Positions 26,285 to 34,456 of a DNA stretch of 64,000 nucleotides are shown here, in pieces. The first letter of the stretch is position 1. The number at the start of each line of letters is the position of its first letter. The position numbers were made by a program, and so were the translations under genes. Location of the stretch: NCBI GenBank assembly GCA_002713695.1, contig PAUB01000001.1:397325-461324 (forward strand). Direction: 5' to 3'. The notes beneath the pieces were generated by a model that worked only from the letters and a program-made list of their open reading frames with translations, did no database searches and was not told the origin of the DNA. The DNA comes from Opitutaceae bacterium. GTDB lineage: Bacteria > Verrucomicrobiota > Verrucomicrobiia > Opitutales > Opitutaceae.

Positions 26285-27645
26285 TGGATTTCCTCCACAT
26301 TAATTTCTGCAGGGAGATGAAACATACCCAGAAATGGTGCGGTTTCCGTATTGTAATCCCAGTTAATCGTAATGGGCCCGAGCCATGGCGTGCTTGCGAA
26401 ACGGCCTCCTAGATTGGGTTGGTCATGCGGTCGGCCCAGCCCCAGTTGAAAAGAATATAATCCCGCTTCGAGTTTGAGGTGTATGCGAGTTTCGAAACAC
26501 CAGAGTTGCCCGTCCTGAATCGCTACCGGGGATAAACCTTGAATCCGACTGCTGAGACTGGAAACGAGTTGATCGTGCCGATTTTTTAATTCCAACGCCA
26601 CATGGATGCTCGCTTCGTTTTTTGCCCGGAAGTATCCACGGATAATGCAAGTGGATCCCATCCGGTGCTTCAGGGCGGGGTTTTCATCCAGATCGAGCAC
26701 TTCCACCGCGACCAGCTCAGCGGGGGAGCCTTCGGAAGTATCTGCAGGATCGTTTCGCCACATCGGCTGTGAGGGACCTCCGGCATGACGAGTGGGTTTA
26801 AGCGCCGCCTTCGTGGGAGGAGCCACGAAATCCTTGTCTTGTTTAACGGAGTCGACCTCCCTGAAATATCTGGAAATGGCCTGTTGCGAATCACCAAAAA
26901 ACACGGACTGACCTTTTCTCAGATATAATGCCCGGCTGCACAGATCACGCACGCTGGCCATGTCATGAGATACAAATAATATGGTTGTGCCCCGGGCTCT
27001 TAATTCAGCGATGCGTCGGAAACATTTTTGCTGGAAAAAGAAATCACCGACACTCAAAGCTTCGTCGATGATGAGAATGTCAGGTTTAATCGCGGTTTGG
27101 ACAGCGAAAGCCAGTCGGACCAGCATGCCGCTGGAGTAAGTTTTGGTGGGTTGCTCGATGAACTCACCTATGTCGGCGAAGGCAGCAATGTCAGCGAATC
27201 GCTTTTGCATCTCTTCTTTTGGCATGCCGATGATCGCGCCGGTCAAGAAGATGTTTTCGCGTCCCGTAAACTCAGGATTAAAGCCCGCGCCGAGTTCGAG
27301 GAGTGCGGCGACTCGGCCTTTGATGGAAATGCTGCCCGACGATGCCTGCAAGGTTCCGGCAATGATTTGGAGTAGTGTGCTTTTACCTGCCCCGTTTCGG
27401 CCAATAATACCCACGGCCTCGCCGCGCTTCACGTCAAAAGTTATATCAGATAGTGCGAAGAAATCATGATACCCAGCGGTTGATTTGAGTTGGAATGCTG
27501 AAGCGAGTGAGCCAGGCATTCCTTTAGCAAGGCTTGCCCATATCGGACTCATAATCCGATCCGATGGGTCCCGCCAGATACGGTAGGATTTGGTCAAGTT
27601 CCGCGCCGAAATGGCGATGGAATCTGCGATGGGTTTAGAGCACAT
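26281..27645 (-). CDS. wzt: Polysaccharide ABC exporter ATP-binding protein with C-terminal carbohydrate-binding-type extension
   Basis: Walker A 'GRNGAGKST', signature 'YSSGMLVRLAFA' and Walker B 'ILIIDEALSVGD' (TagH/Wzt type). An extra ~170-aa beta-rich C-terminal domain follows a Pro/Ala linker. Confidence 0.85.
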   Translation of the reverse strand: MCSKPIADSIAISARNLTKSYRIWRDPSDRIMSPIWASLAKGMPGSLASAFQLKSTAGYHDFFALSDITFDVKRGEAVGIIGRNGAGKSTLLQIIAGTLQASSGSISIKGRVAALLELGAGFNPEFTGRENIFLTGAIIGMPKEEMQKRFADIAAFADIGEFIEQPTKTYSSGMLVRLAFAVQTAIKPDILIIDEALSVGDFFFQQKCFRRIAELRARGTTILFVSHDMASVRDLCSRALYLRKGQSVFFGDSQQAISRYFREVDSVKQDKDFVAPPTKAALKPTRHAGGPSQPMWRNDPADTSEGSPAELVAVEVLDLDENPALKHRMGSTCIIRGYFRAKNEASIHVALELKNRHDQLVSSLSSRIQGLSPVAIQDGQLWCFETRIHLKLEAGLYSFQLGLGRPHDQPNLGGRFASTPWLGPITINWDYNTETAPFLGMFHLPAEINVEEIQ

Positions 27646-28447
27646 CGGAAAAGGCAGGTTTCATTTTGCGAAACATCACGTAACCCACATGGCAGGTGAC
27701 GATTGAAAAAAGATAGAGGTAGCCCAGATGGTGGTAATTCATCGGTTGGGCCCACAAGGCCGTATTTCGAGCCAACTCAATCGCCAACAAGAGAGGATTG
27801 AATTTCAAGAAAACCCACATCGAGGCAGGGATCTTTGTCGCCGAAAAGAAAACCGCACTCGAATACATCAGCGACAGGGTCAGAAATTGCATAAGTTGTC
27901 CGATATCACGGAAAAAGACGCCTAAGGCGGCGAAGATCCACGTCACTCCTAATGCGAGCAGGATGAGGGGAAAAATAATGACCGGTAGCCAGATCAACTC
28001 GGGATGAATGGTCCGTCCAAAAACGACCAAAAAAATCAGAGCCAACCCCAAGCTGATCAGCAGATGAAACCCTGCGGCCGCAACATGGGCCGCCGGTAGA
28101 ATTTCCATTGGGAAAACCACCTTTTTCACAAAATTGGGATTCGCGATGATGATGGTGGGGGCGACGGCCATGACCTCACCGATGAAGCCGAAGAGAGTCA
28201 GTCCGAAAAATATGCCGATCGCATAGTCGACTCCGGTCTCGTTCTCAATGATCCCGAATCTACCCCCAAAGATAAAGCCAAACACAAATACGTAGAGGCC
28301 CAGCATTAGCAGGGGGTTAAAGAATGACCAAAGCAGGCCTAAATGACTGCCCTTGTGGCGAATCTGCACAGTGCGCACTGCGAACTGGCGGAGCAGGTCG
28401 CGATGACTCCAAAGATCATGGCAATATGGAAGTAATCTTCTGAGCAT
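27635..28447 (-). CDS. wzm: ABC-2 type polysaccharide exporter permease
   Basis: 270 aa with six hydrophobic segments. The N-terminus 'RDLLRQFAVRTVQIRHKGSHLGLLWSFFNPLL' is typical of Wzm/TagG. It overlaps the wzt start by 11 nt. Confidence 0.85.
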   Translation of the reverse strand: MLRRLLPYCHDLWSHRDLLRQFAVRTVQIRHKGSHLGLLWSFFNPLLMLGLYVFVFGFIFGGRFGIIENETGVDYAIGIFFGLTLFGFIGEVMAVAPTIIIANPNFVKKVVFPMEILPAAHVAAAGFHLLISLGLALIFLVVFGRTIHPELIWLPVIIFPLILLALGVTWIFAALGVFFRDIGQLMQFLTLSLMYSSAVFFSATKIPASMWVFLKFNPLLLAIELARNTALWAQPMNYHHLGYLYLFSIVTCHVGYVMFRKMKPAFSDVL

Positions 28448-28594
28448 GGTGGGAACGCGGTTAAGGCGGGCGACTTAATTCAAGTAAAGGTTATTTCCAA
28501 AAACGAAAGTGGATGGAATTACCAACCATGGAAGGCATCTTAATTAACTGTTGCAATAACCGAGCCAATGGAAGGGTCTCTAGCTAACAATTTT

Positions 28595-29953
28595 ATGAAA
28601 ACAATTTTTAGTAAATATGTTCTGTCGTTGGCAGTGGTGCTGGGGTTATTGCCTGTGATCAGCTTTGCGCAGCAAGGTCCGCAATTACCGGAAGACGTGT
28701 TTCCCGCTTTGCGTCCAATTTTGGAGCAAGCGGTCCAACAATCACCTCAGATGGTTTCTCGCAATCTAGAGTTGTTAGCGGCCGACGGTGATTTGACGCA
28801 GGCCAAGGCAGGTATGTATCCTTCTTTAAGCGGCTTTTACCGGTATTCCCAGACCAGCGATCAAAGAGAAGATATTGCTGAACGTCTTAAAAGCGACAGA
28901 ACTAACTACAGCATTACCCTCACTCAGCCCCTGTTTCATTGGGGGGAACACGTTAACAATGCCAAGATTGGTGAGATCCGAAGAGAGATAGCGGACGAGA
29001 ATTACAGTGAAGCATACCGTCTCTTGGCTAATCAGATCAGAGCGAGCTACCTGTCGTTGATCATGAATAAAATTGGGGTTACTAATGCGGCCTATAGCTT
29101 AAAACTGGCTGATGAAGCTCTCGCCTCTGCTGAAGATCGCTTAGAGAAAAAAGTAATCTCTGAGGGAGCAATTTTTCAGACTCGGATTGCCGCTGATCAA
29201 GCTCGTTTAGCCAACGAGACGGCTGTTTGGACCTATGCACTAGCTAAGCAAAGTTTTTCGAAACTGACTGGGCAACCCGCTTCGTCTGATTATGCAATTC
29301 CTAGTGAAATTCCAGCGCTGATCGAATCCAAAGATAAAGTTGATGCATTGCTTGCGGGCTTTCTTTCTCAGGAAAAGCCGGAGACGGCGGCCTTGAGGAT
29401 CGCCCTCAAGAACGTTATGATTAGCGACCTGACTTATAAAAATCAGCGCACCCAACAGCGCCCCAAGCTCAGTTTTGTGGCAGGAATTTCTCAAGATGAG
29501 CAGAGCTACACATCTAATATCGCTCAGAAATATGGAGTGGAATCTCAATATGTAGGCTTGCAGGTGAGCTGGAATATATTTGACGGGTTCGCAACTCGTG
29601 GTGCCGTAGCCAGTGCACTTGCTCGCAAAAGAATGGCGGAGCACTCCTACAAACAGCTTACAGAGACATTGGCTCAGGATGCGCGAAAAGCCGCTAAAGC
29701 GGTTGATCTGGCTCAACGTCAACTGGCGATTAGCGAGCGGCTATTGAACAATGCCGAAAATTTTCTAAATTACACCAGAGACGAATTGAAACGTGGGCAG
29801 TCCTCGGAAGCTGAAATCAATGCGGCTCAGGCTGGTTATAATGGCACGAAAAGCTCTACGAATTCTTCGCGATACATTTACTTAATGCGTGTGTCTGAGT
29901 TCGTATCTCTGATTGCGGCAGATCCGCTGGTAAGACAAATAGATCAGAATTAA
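28595..29953 (+). CDS. TolC-family outer-membrane efflux protein
   Basis: Signal peptide 'MKTIFSKYVLSLAVVLGLLPVISFA' (start chosen at Met10 of the track ORF). It has two repeated coiled-coil/beta halves typical of the OEP family. Confidence 0.75.
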   Translation: MKTIFSKYVLSLAVVLGLLPVISFAQQGPQLPEDVFPALRPILEQAVQQSPQMVSRNLELLAADGDLTQAKAGMYPSLSGFYRYSQTSDQREDIAERLKSDRTNYSITLTQPLFHWGEHVNNAKIGEIRREIADENYSEAYRLLANQIRASYLSLIMNKIGVTNAAYSLKLADEALASAEDRLEKKVISEGAIFQTRIAADQARLANETAVWTYALAKQSFSKLTGQPASSDYAIPSEIPALIESKDKVDALLAGFLSQEKPETAALRIALKNVMISDLTYKNQRTQQRPKLSFVAGISQDEQSYTSNIAQKYGVESQYVGLQVSWNIFDGFATRGAVASALARKRMAEHSYKQLTETLAQDARKAAKAVDLAQRQLAISERLLNNAENFLNYTRDELKRGQSSEAEINAAQAGYNGTKSSTNSSRYIYLMRVSEFVSLIAADPLVRQIDQN

Positions 29954-29962
29954 GTATTACCT

Positions 29963-31084
29963 ATGAGTTTAGGGAAAAAAATTGGCGTCGTCGTGACGGT
30001 GGTCGTATTGGCTGCGGTGGGATTTTTCTATCTCTCACGTCCGACAGCATTAGTGGTTGAAGTCTCAAGTGGGCGAGCGGTCAAGGCCGTGCCGGGCAGT
30101 GTGACGGTGCATGCCGAATTTCAGATGGAGCTGAAAAGCGAAGTAGGAGGTCGCGTGGTCAAAAGCGAGTTGGATCCGGGCAATGCGGTCATGGCGGGTG
30201 AGATTCTTTGCCAACTCGATACCGGCGATCTGGAATTAGAGATTGAGAAGATCACCAGCGAATATGAGACGGCTAAGAAGCGTATTGCGGTGGGGTCTTC
30301 GATCGCGCTCGAGCTCGCCAATGCACGCGATGATATCGTTAATTTCGAGCAACTCTACAGATCAGGCAATATGCCTGAATCAGAGTTGATCAAGAAGCGG
30401 CGTGGAGTGCAGCAGATTGAGCAGAGCTACGAACTTGAAAAAGTGAATAACGCGCAGTTGCTTGAGGGGTTTGAGAACACGCTACGTGTGAAGAATCGGC
30501 AGCTGGAGAAAATGACTATCGTCGCCCCTTTTGATGGGGTCGTCTCCATGGTTTATGCCCGACCTGGTGACTTGATCGGGAGTAATTCATCAATTGCCAC
30601 GCTCATATCCACAAGCCGCACGGTCGAGGCTAAGATCAGCGAGGAAAATTTTGCCGATCTCAAAGTGGGGCAATCGGCTTCCGTGCGATTTCTCCCTTAT
30701 GGTGCATGGCTCTACGATGCCACTTTGGTAAAGATTCTACCTACTGCGGATCCCACGACACAGCGCTACATCGTGCATTTGGAGGTGGATATTGAACCCG
30801 AGAAACTCGTGCCGGGAATCACCGGTGAACTTACGGTAGTAGTTGGTCAACGTGAGTCAGATACGAACATACCGCGTCGCGCGCTTTTTGGTAACTACGT
30901 TTATGTAGTCACAGATGGTCAGGTGTATTTGCGAGAGGTGCAAACAGGTTACGTGACGATGACCGCAGTTGAGGTGCTGAAAGGATTGTCCGCGGGTGAG
31001 CAAGTGATCGTGGATCAATTGGATCGATTCCGCGACGGCGACAGCGTGCGTGTGGTGATGGCTGACCAAGGGGAATCTAAATAA
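29963..31084 (+). CDS. HlyD/MacA-family periplasmic adaptor (membrane fusion protein)
   Basis: N-terminal TM, a lipoyl-like 'AGEILCQLDTGDLELE', a coiled-coil hairpin and a beta-barrel 'TIVAPFDGVVS'; 373 aa. Confidence 0.8.
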   Translation: MSLGKKIGVVVTVVVLAAVGFFYLSRPTALVVEVSSGRAVKAVPGSVTVHAEFQMELKSEVGGRVVKSELDPGNAVMAGEILCQLDTGDLELEIEKITSEYETAKKRIAVGSSIALELANARDDIVNFEQLYRSGNMPESELIKKRRGVQQIEQSYELEKVNNAQLLEGFENTLRVKNRQLEKMTIVAPFDGVVSMVYARPGDLIGSNSSIATLISTSRTVEAKISEENFADLKVGQSASVRFLPYGAWLYDATLVKILPTADPTTQRYIVHLEVDIEPEKLVPGITGELTVVVGQRESDTNIPRRALFGNYVYVVTDGQVYLREVQTGYVTMTAVEVLKGLSAGEQVIVDQLDRFRDGDSVRVVMADQGESK

Positions 31085-31123
31085 GGAAGTGCCGTTGATA
31101 CTGCTGCTGCAAAAGCTGTTCTG

Positions 31124-32368
31124 ATGTCGCCTAATTTACGTATTGCCTACCGCTTTCTGACCGCGAAAAAGCGGGCCATGTTGATGAGCCTATCCTGTAT
31201 CGTTCTCGGCGTAGGTTTGTTTATCGTGACACAGGCCACCACCAGTGGTTTTGAAAAGTTTTTTATCCGCACGATTCTCGGCACGAATGGTGCGGTGCGG
31301 ATCGAGGATAAGATGCAGGATACGATGCGTAGCATGGAGGTTGGCGGCTACGGATCGGGCTTTGAGATCAAGCAATCCGAAGGCTATAAATATATCGAAG
31401 GCATCGAAGAGCCGAAGCTGGTCATCGACGCGCTGAAGCAATTTCCCAACGTGATGGCAGTTTCGGAAGTGGTCTACGGTTCGGTGGTAATCAAAAGCTC
31501 CTTCAAAAACGAGTCAGTGAAGGTTTACGGGGTCAATATCGAAGACCACATGCGGGTATCTGAACTCGGCAATCAGATTGTTCGTGGTGATCTCAGCACC
31601 TTTAGCAGCACACCTTCCGGCGCGTTGCTCGGGATGGAAATGTCCCGAAGGATGCAGCTCGATGTGGGAGATTCCTTTATCTTGGAAGCGAGTGGTGAGC
31701 AGCGCAGGTATCGAGTTTCTGCTATCTATGAGACAGGCGTGAGCGACATTGATAAGGTGAGGCTGTATTTGAATATGGGTGAGGCGCGTTCTTTGCTAAA
31801 GAAAACTACCGGCGCTTCGTTTTTACAGGTCAATTTAATCGATAAGGATCGAGCTCAGGAGGATGCCTATCGCATGAGCGAGGTGACGCAACATAGTGCG
31901 AAGGCTTGGCAAGATCGTGAGAAATCGTGGTTGCAGGCTTTTGCTGCACTGGGGCTTTCTTCTGCGATTACGGTATCGGTGTTCACTCTGATCGCGGGTT
32001 TGGCGATGTTCAATACGCTGGCGATGATGGTGATGGAAAAAACTAAGGAGATCGCGATTCTGAGGTCGATGGGTTACACGCGTGAGGATATCACGCAGAT
32101 CTTCCTTTGGCAGGCGGTAATCGTGCTCTTCATCGGTAGTGCGCTTGGGATGCTCTTTGGCGCTACGGTGACTTACATCGTGGATAATATACCGCTGACC
32201 ATCACGGGTATTTTCAAAACCGAGACCTTTGTGGTCTCGTGGAATATTTGGCATTATGCCGCGGCGACTTCGACTGCGGTGGTGATGGTCATGCTGGCTA
32301 GTTTGGTGCCGGCGCGACGTGCGGCGCGGCTTGAGCCGGGCGATGTAATTCGAGGCACGGCTCAATAA
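31124..32368 (+). CDS. FtsX/MacB/LolC-family ABC transporter permease
   Basis: 414 aa. One TM, a large periplasmic domain, then three C-terminal TMs with 'EKTKEIAILRSMGYT', typical of the FtsX-like family. Confidence 0.8.
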   Translation: MSPNLRIAYRFLTAKKRAMLMSLSCIVLGVGLFIVTQATTSGFEKFFIRTILGTNGAVRIEDKMQDTMRSMEVGGYGSGFEIKQSEGYKYIEGIEEPKLVIDALKQFPNVMAVSEVVYGSVVIKSSFKNESVKVYGVNIEDHMRVSELGNQIVRGDLSTFSSTPSGALLGMEMSRRMQLDVGDSFILEASGEQRRYRVSAIYETGVSDIDKVRLYLNMGEARSLLKKTTGASFLQVNLIDKDRAQEDAYRMSEVTQHSAKAWQDREKSWLQAFAALGLSSAITVSVFTLIAGLAMFNTLAMMVMEKTKEIAILRSMGYTREDITQIFLWQAVIVLFIGSALGMLFGATVTYIVDNIPLTITGIFKTETFVVSWNIWHYAAATSTAVVMVMLASLVPARRAARLEPGDVIRGTAQ

Positions 32369-32373
32369 GATTT

Positions 32374-33063
32374 TTGATGAGTAAATCCGATTCCATCGCA
32401 CTGAGTTGTTCCAATATTCACCGTTATCTCGGTGAAGGGGAAGGGCGTGTGCATGTGCTCAAGGGCGTGACGTTCGAGGCAGAGCGTGGGCAGGTTTACG
32501 CGATCGTTGGACCATCGGGTTGTGGTAAGAGCACGCTGCTCTATCTGCTCGGACTACTCGATCGTCAGGACGACGGAGACATCACAATTGATGGAGTGGC
32601 TATGTCGCAAAGTAGTGATGCAGATCGCACTTCGGCCCGAGGTGAGCACATCGGATTCGTTTTCCAGTTCCATTTCCTGATGCAGGAGTTTTCCGCGTTG
32701 GAAAATGTGATGATGCCCATGCGCAAATTGGGAAAGCTGACGCAACCGGAGATGGAGGCGCGAGCTTTGGAATTACTGAACGAAGTGGGATTAGGTGAAA
32801 AAGCGCACCGTCTTGGCACGCAACTTTCGGGTGGTGAGCAGCAACGCGTGGCCGTCGCTCGAGCTTTGGCTAATCAGCCGAGTATCATTCTCGCGGATGA
32901 ACCGACCGGTAATCTCGACGTGAAGAATTCGAACATGGTTTTCGATCTGCTCACTCGTCTGGCCAAGGATAATAATCAGGCGGTGATTTTGGTGACGCAT
33001 AATCCTGATATCGCTGAGCGTTGCGATCAGGTTAAACCAATGAGTGACGGTCAATTTGTCTGA
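32374..33063 (+). CDS. ABC transporter ATP-binding protein (MacB/LolD type)
   Basis: Walker A 'GPSGCGKST', 'LSGGEQQRVAVARAL' and Walker B 'IILADEPTGNLD'. Confidence 0.9.
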   Translation: MMSKSDSIALSCSNIHRYLGEGEGRVHVLKGVTFEAERGQVYAIVGPSGCGKSTLLYLLGLLDRQDDGDITIDGVAMSQSSDADRTSARGEHIGFVFQFHFLMQEFSALENVMMPMRKLGKLTQPEMEARALELLNEVGLGEKAHRLGTQLSGGEQQRVAVARALANQPSIILADEPTGNLDVKNSNMVFDLLTRLAKDNNQAVILVTHNPDIAERCDQVKPMSDGQFV

Positions 33064-33578
33064 ACTTGCCATCTGAGTGGGTTGAGTATCGCGAAGAATA
33101 CTTCTTAGTGGCGGATAAATTGGGAAACTCCATGCCTTGCATCGAGGTCTTCGGAACTTCTACGACAAATAATCCGTATTGGATCTGGTTTGGAGTCCCA
33201 AAAATCTGGGCATAAAAGACCTTAGTTAGAGTCAAATTGGGGATAAGCTGAGACTGATCTAAGGCGCGCTCTCACTAATGATTTCAATATTTCAAATCTA
33301 GTAGCGAATTTTTGGTTTACTTTGGAATTAGCGACGGGTTCGCTGACGAGCTGATTTTGCCGAACACCAACGATCTGTGAGCCACGACCCATTGCGAAAA
33401 TATATTCACACCCACTCCAACGGCCTTTTTGCCGTTGCTGGACTCACGTCCGCTTTGGTCGAGAATCGCTCCTTTCAAGGCGTTTTATTGTGCGCAACTC
33501 CAACTCTTCAATCTGAATTACGTGCGGACCACCGTCACGAGCTGTCGGCTTAACCGGGCTTTCGAAGAACTCTGATCC

Positions 33579-34235
33579 ATGTCGAATATTTTTCCCAAGT
33601 CAGCGAATAAGCTTCCGCTGCAAATAGTGATTTTCCTATTTGTGGTCGGTGGTATCGCCACCGCGGCCGTCACGTATTACATGACGCCAAAATACACCCG
33701 CGTAGGATATGCTCCCGTGCAACCCGTGCCGTTTAGTCATGCGATTCACGCTGGGCAGCTGGGTCTGGATTGCCGTTATTGCCACGTGGGAGTGGACAAG
33801 GGGCCGGTTTCAACGGTTCCCGCCGCGCAGACCTGTATGAACTGTCACAACCAGATCAAGGTGGACAGCCCTCTGCTGGCCGTCGTGCGCGAGAGTTACG
33901 AAACAGGGAAACCGGTGCCTTGGGTGAAGATTCACCAAGTGCCAGATTACGCTTACTTTAATCACGCAGCCCACGTAACCCGTGGAGTTAGCTGTGTTGA
34001 GTGCCATGGTCGCGTCGATGAGATGGATACCGTGGTGCACACCAAATCACTTAGCATGGGATTCTGTCTCGATTGTCATCGTAATCCAGAGAAGGCGGTT
34101 CGTCCGCTCGATAAGGTGACCGATCTTTCGTGGGAGCACCCTCAAGGCGAACAAGGCCAGTTGGAAGACGGTGCCAAGTTTGTTCACGACTGGAATATCA
34201 AGCCACCGCAAAGCTGCTCAGGCTGTCACCGATGA
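33579..34235 (+). CDS. actA: Alternative complex III subunit ActA, membrane-anchored pentahaem cytochrome c
   Basis: N-terminal TM plus five CxxCH sites (CRYCH, CMNCH, CVECH, CLDCH, CSGCH). First gene of the act cluster. Confidence 0.85.
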   Translation: MSNIFPKSANKLPLQIVIFLFVVGGIATAAVTYYMTPKYTRVGYAPVQPVPFSHAIHAGQLGLDCRYCHVGVDKGPVSTVPAAQTCMNCHNQIKVDSPLLAVVRESYETGKPVPWVKIHQVPDYAYFNHAAHVTRGVSCVECHGRVDEMDTVVHTKSLSMGFCLDCHRNPEKAVRPLDKVTDLSWEHPQGEQGQLEDGAKFVHDWNIKPPQSCSGCHR

Positions 34236-34456
34236 AACGCAAATTTCACCATCCCGCACCGTCTGAAACCGAGATCAAGAACGGCCCCAAGTATTGGCGC
34301 AGTCTTGACGAGCTGGCTGCTACGCCCGGCTTTAAGGCGCAGCTAGAACGCGAATTCCCTGAAGGGGCAGACAACATGAACGGTGTCGATCGCCGGCAGT
34401 TCATGAAGATCATGGCTGCTTCTTTCGCCCTCGGTGGCGTTGGATTGGCCGGTTGC
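34232..34456 (+). other. Long Tat-type signal region of ActB ending in a lipobox-like LAGC
   Basis: Twin-arginine 'VDRRQFMKI' at aa 52-60 follows a ~50-aa N-terminal extension. An h-region '[11 protein letters not shown]' and then 'LAGC' (Cys75, 34454-34456) follow. Confidence 0.55.

Noticed and set aside
31835-32401. 188-aa minus-strand ORF, His/Arg-rich
   Set aside because: It is antisense to the FtsX-type permease and has a low-complexity basic composition. It is not a credible gene.
33121-33135. Sigma-54-like element TGGGAA-N5-ATGC upstream of the act operon
   Set aside because: Only the GG and GC dinucleotides and their spacing match. It lies ~450 nt from actA, and I see no enhancer-binding-protein site. 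A chance occurrence is plausible.
33281-33296. Tandem direct repeat ATTTCAAT-ATTTCAAA in the 515-bp region upstream of actA
   Set aside because: It could be a response-regulator half-site pair. However, it is short, AT-rich and unsupported by any second copy or known consensus. Noted only.
34130-34231. Upstream extension of the ActB ORF in the track
   Set aside because: It overlaps the 3' end of actA in another frame. The ATG at 34232 gives the classic ATGA stop/start coupling and the expected ActB N-terminus.
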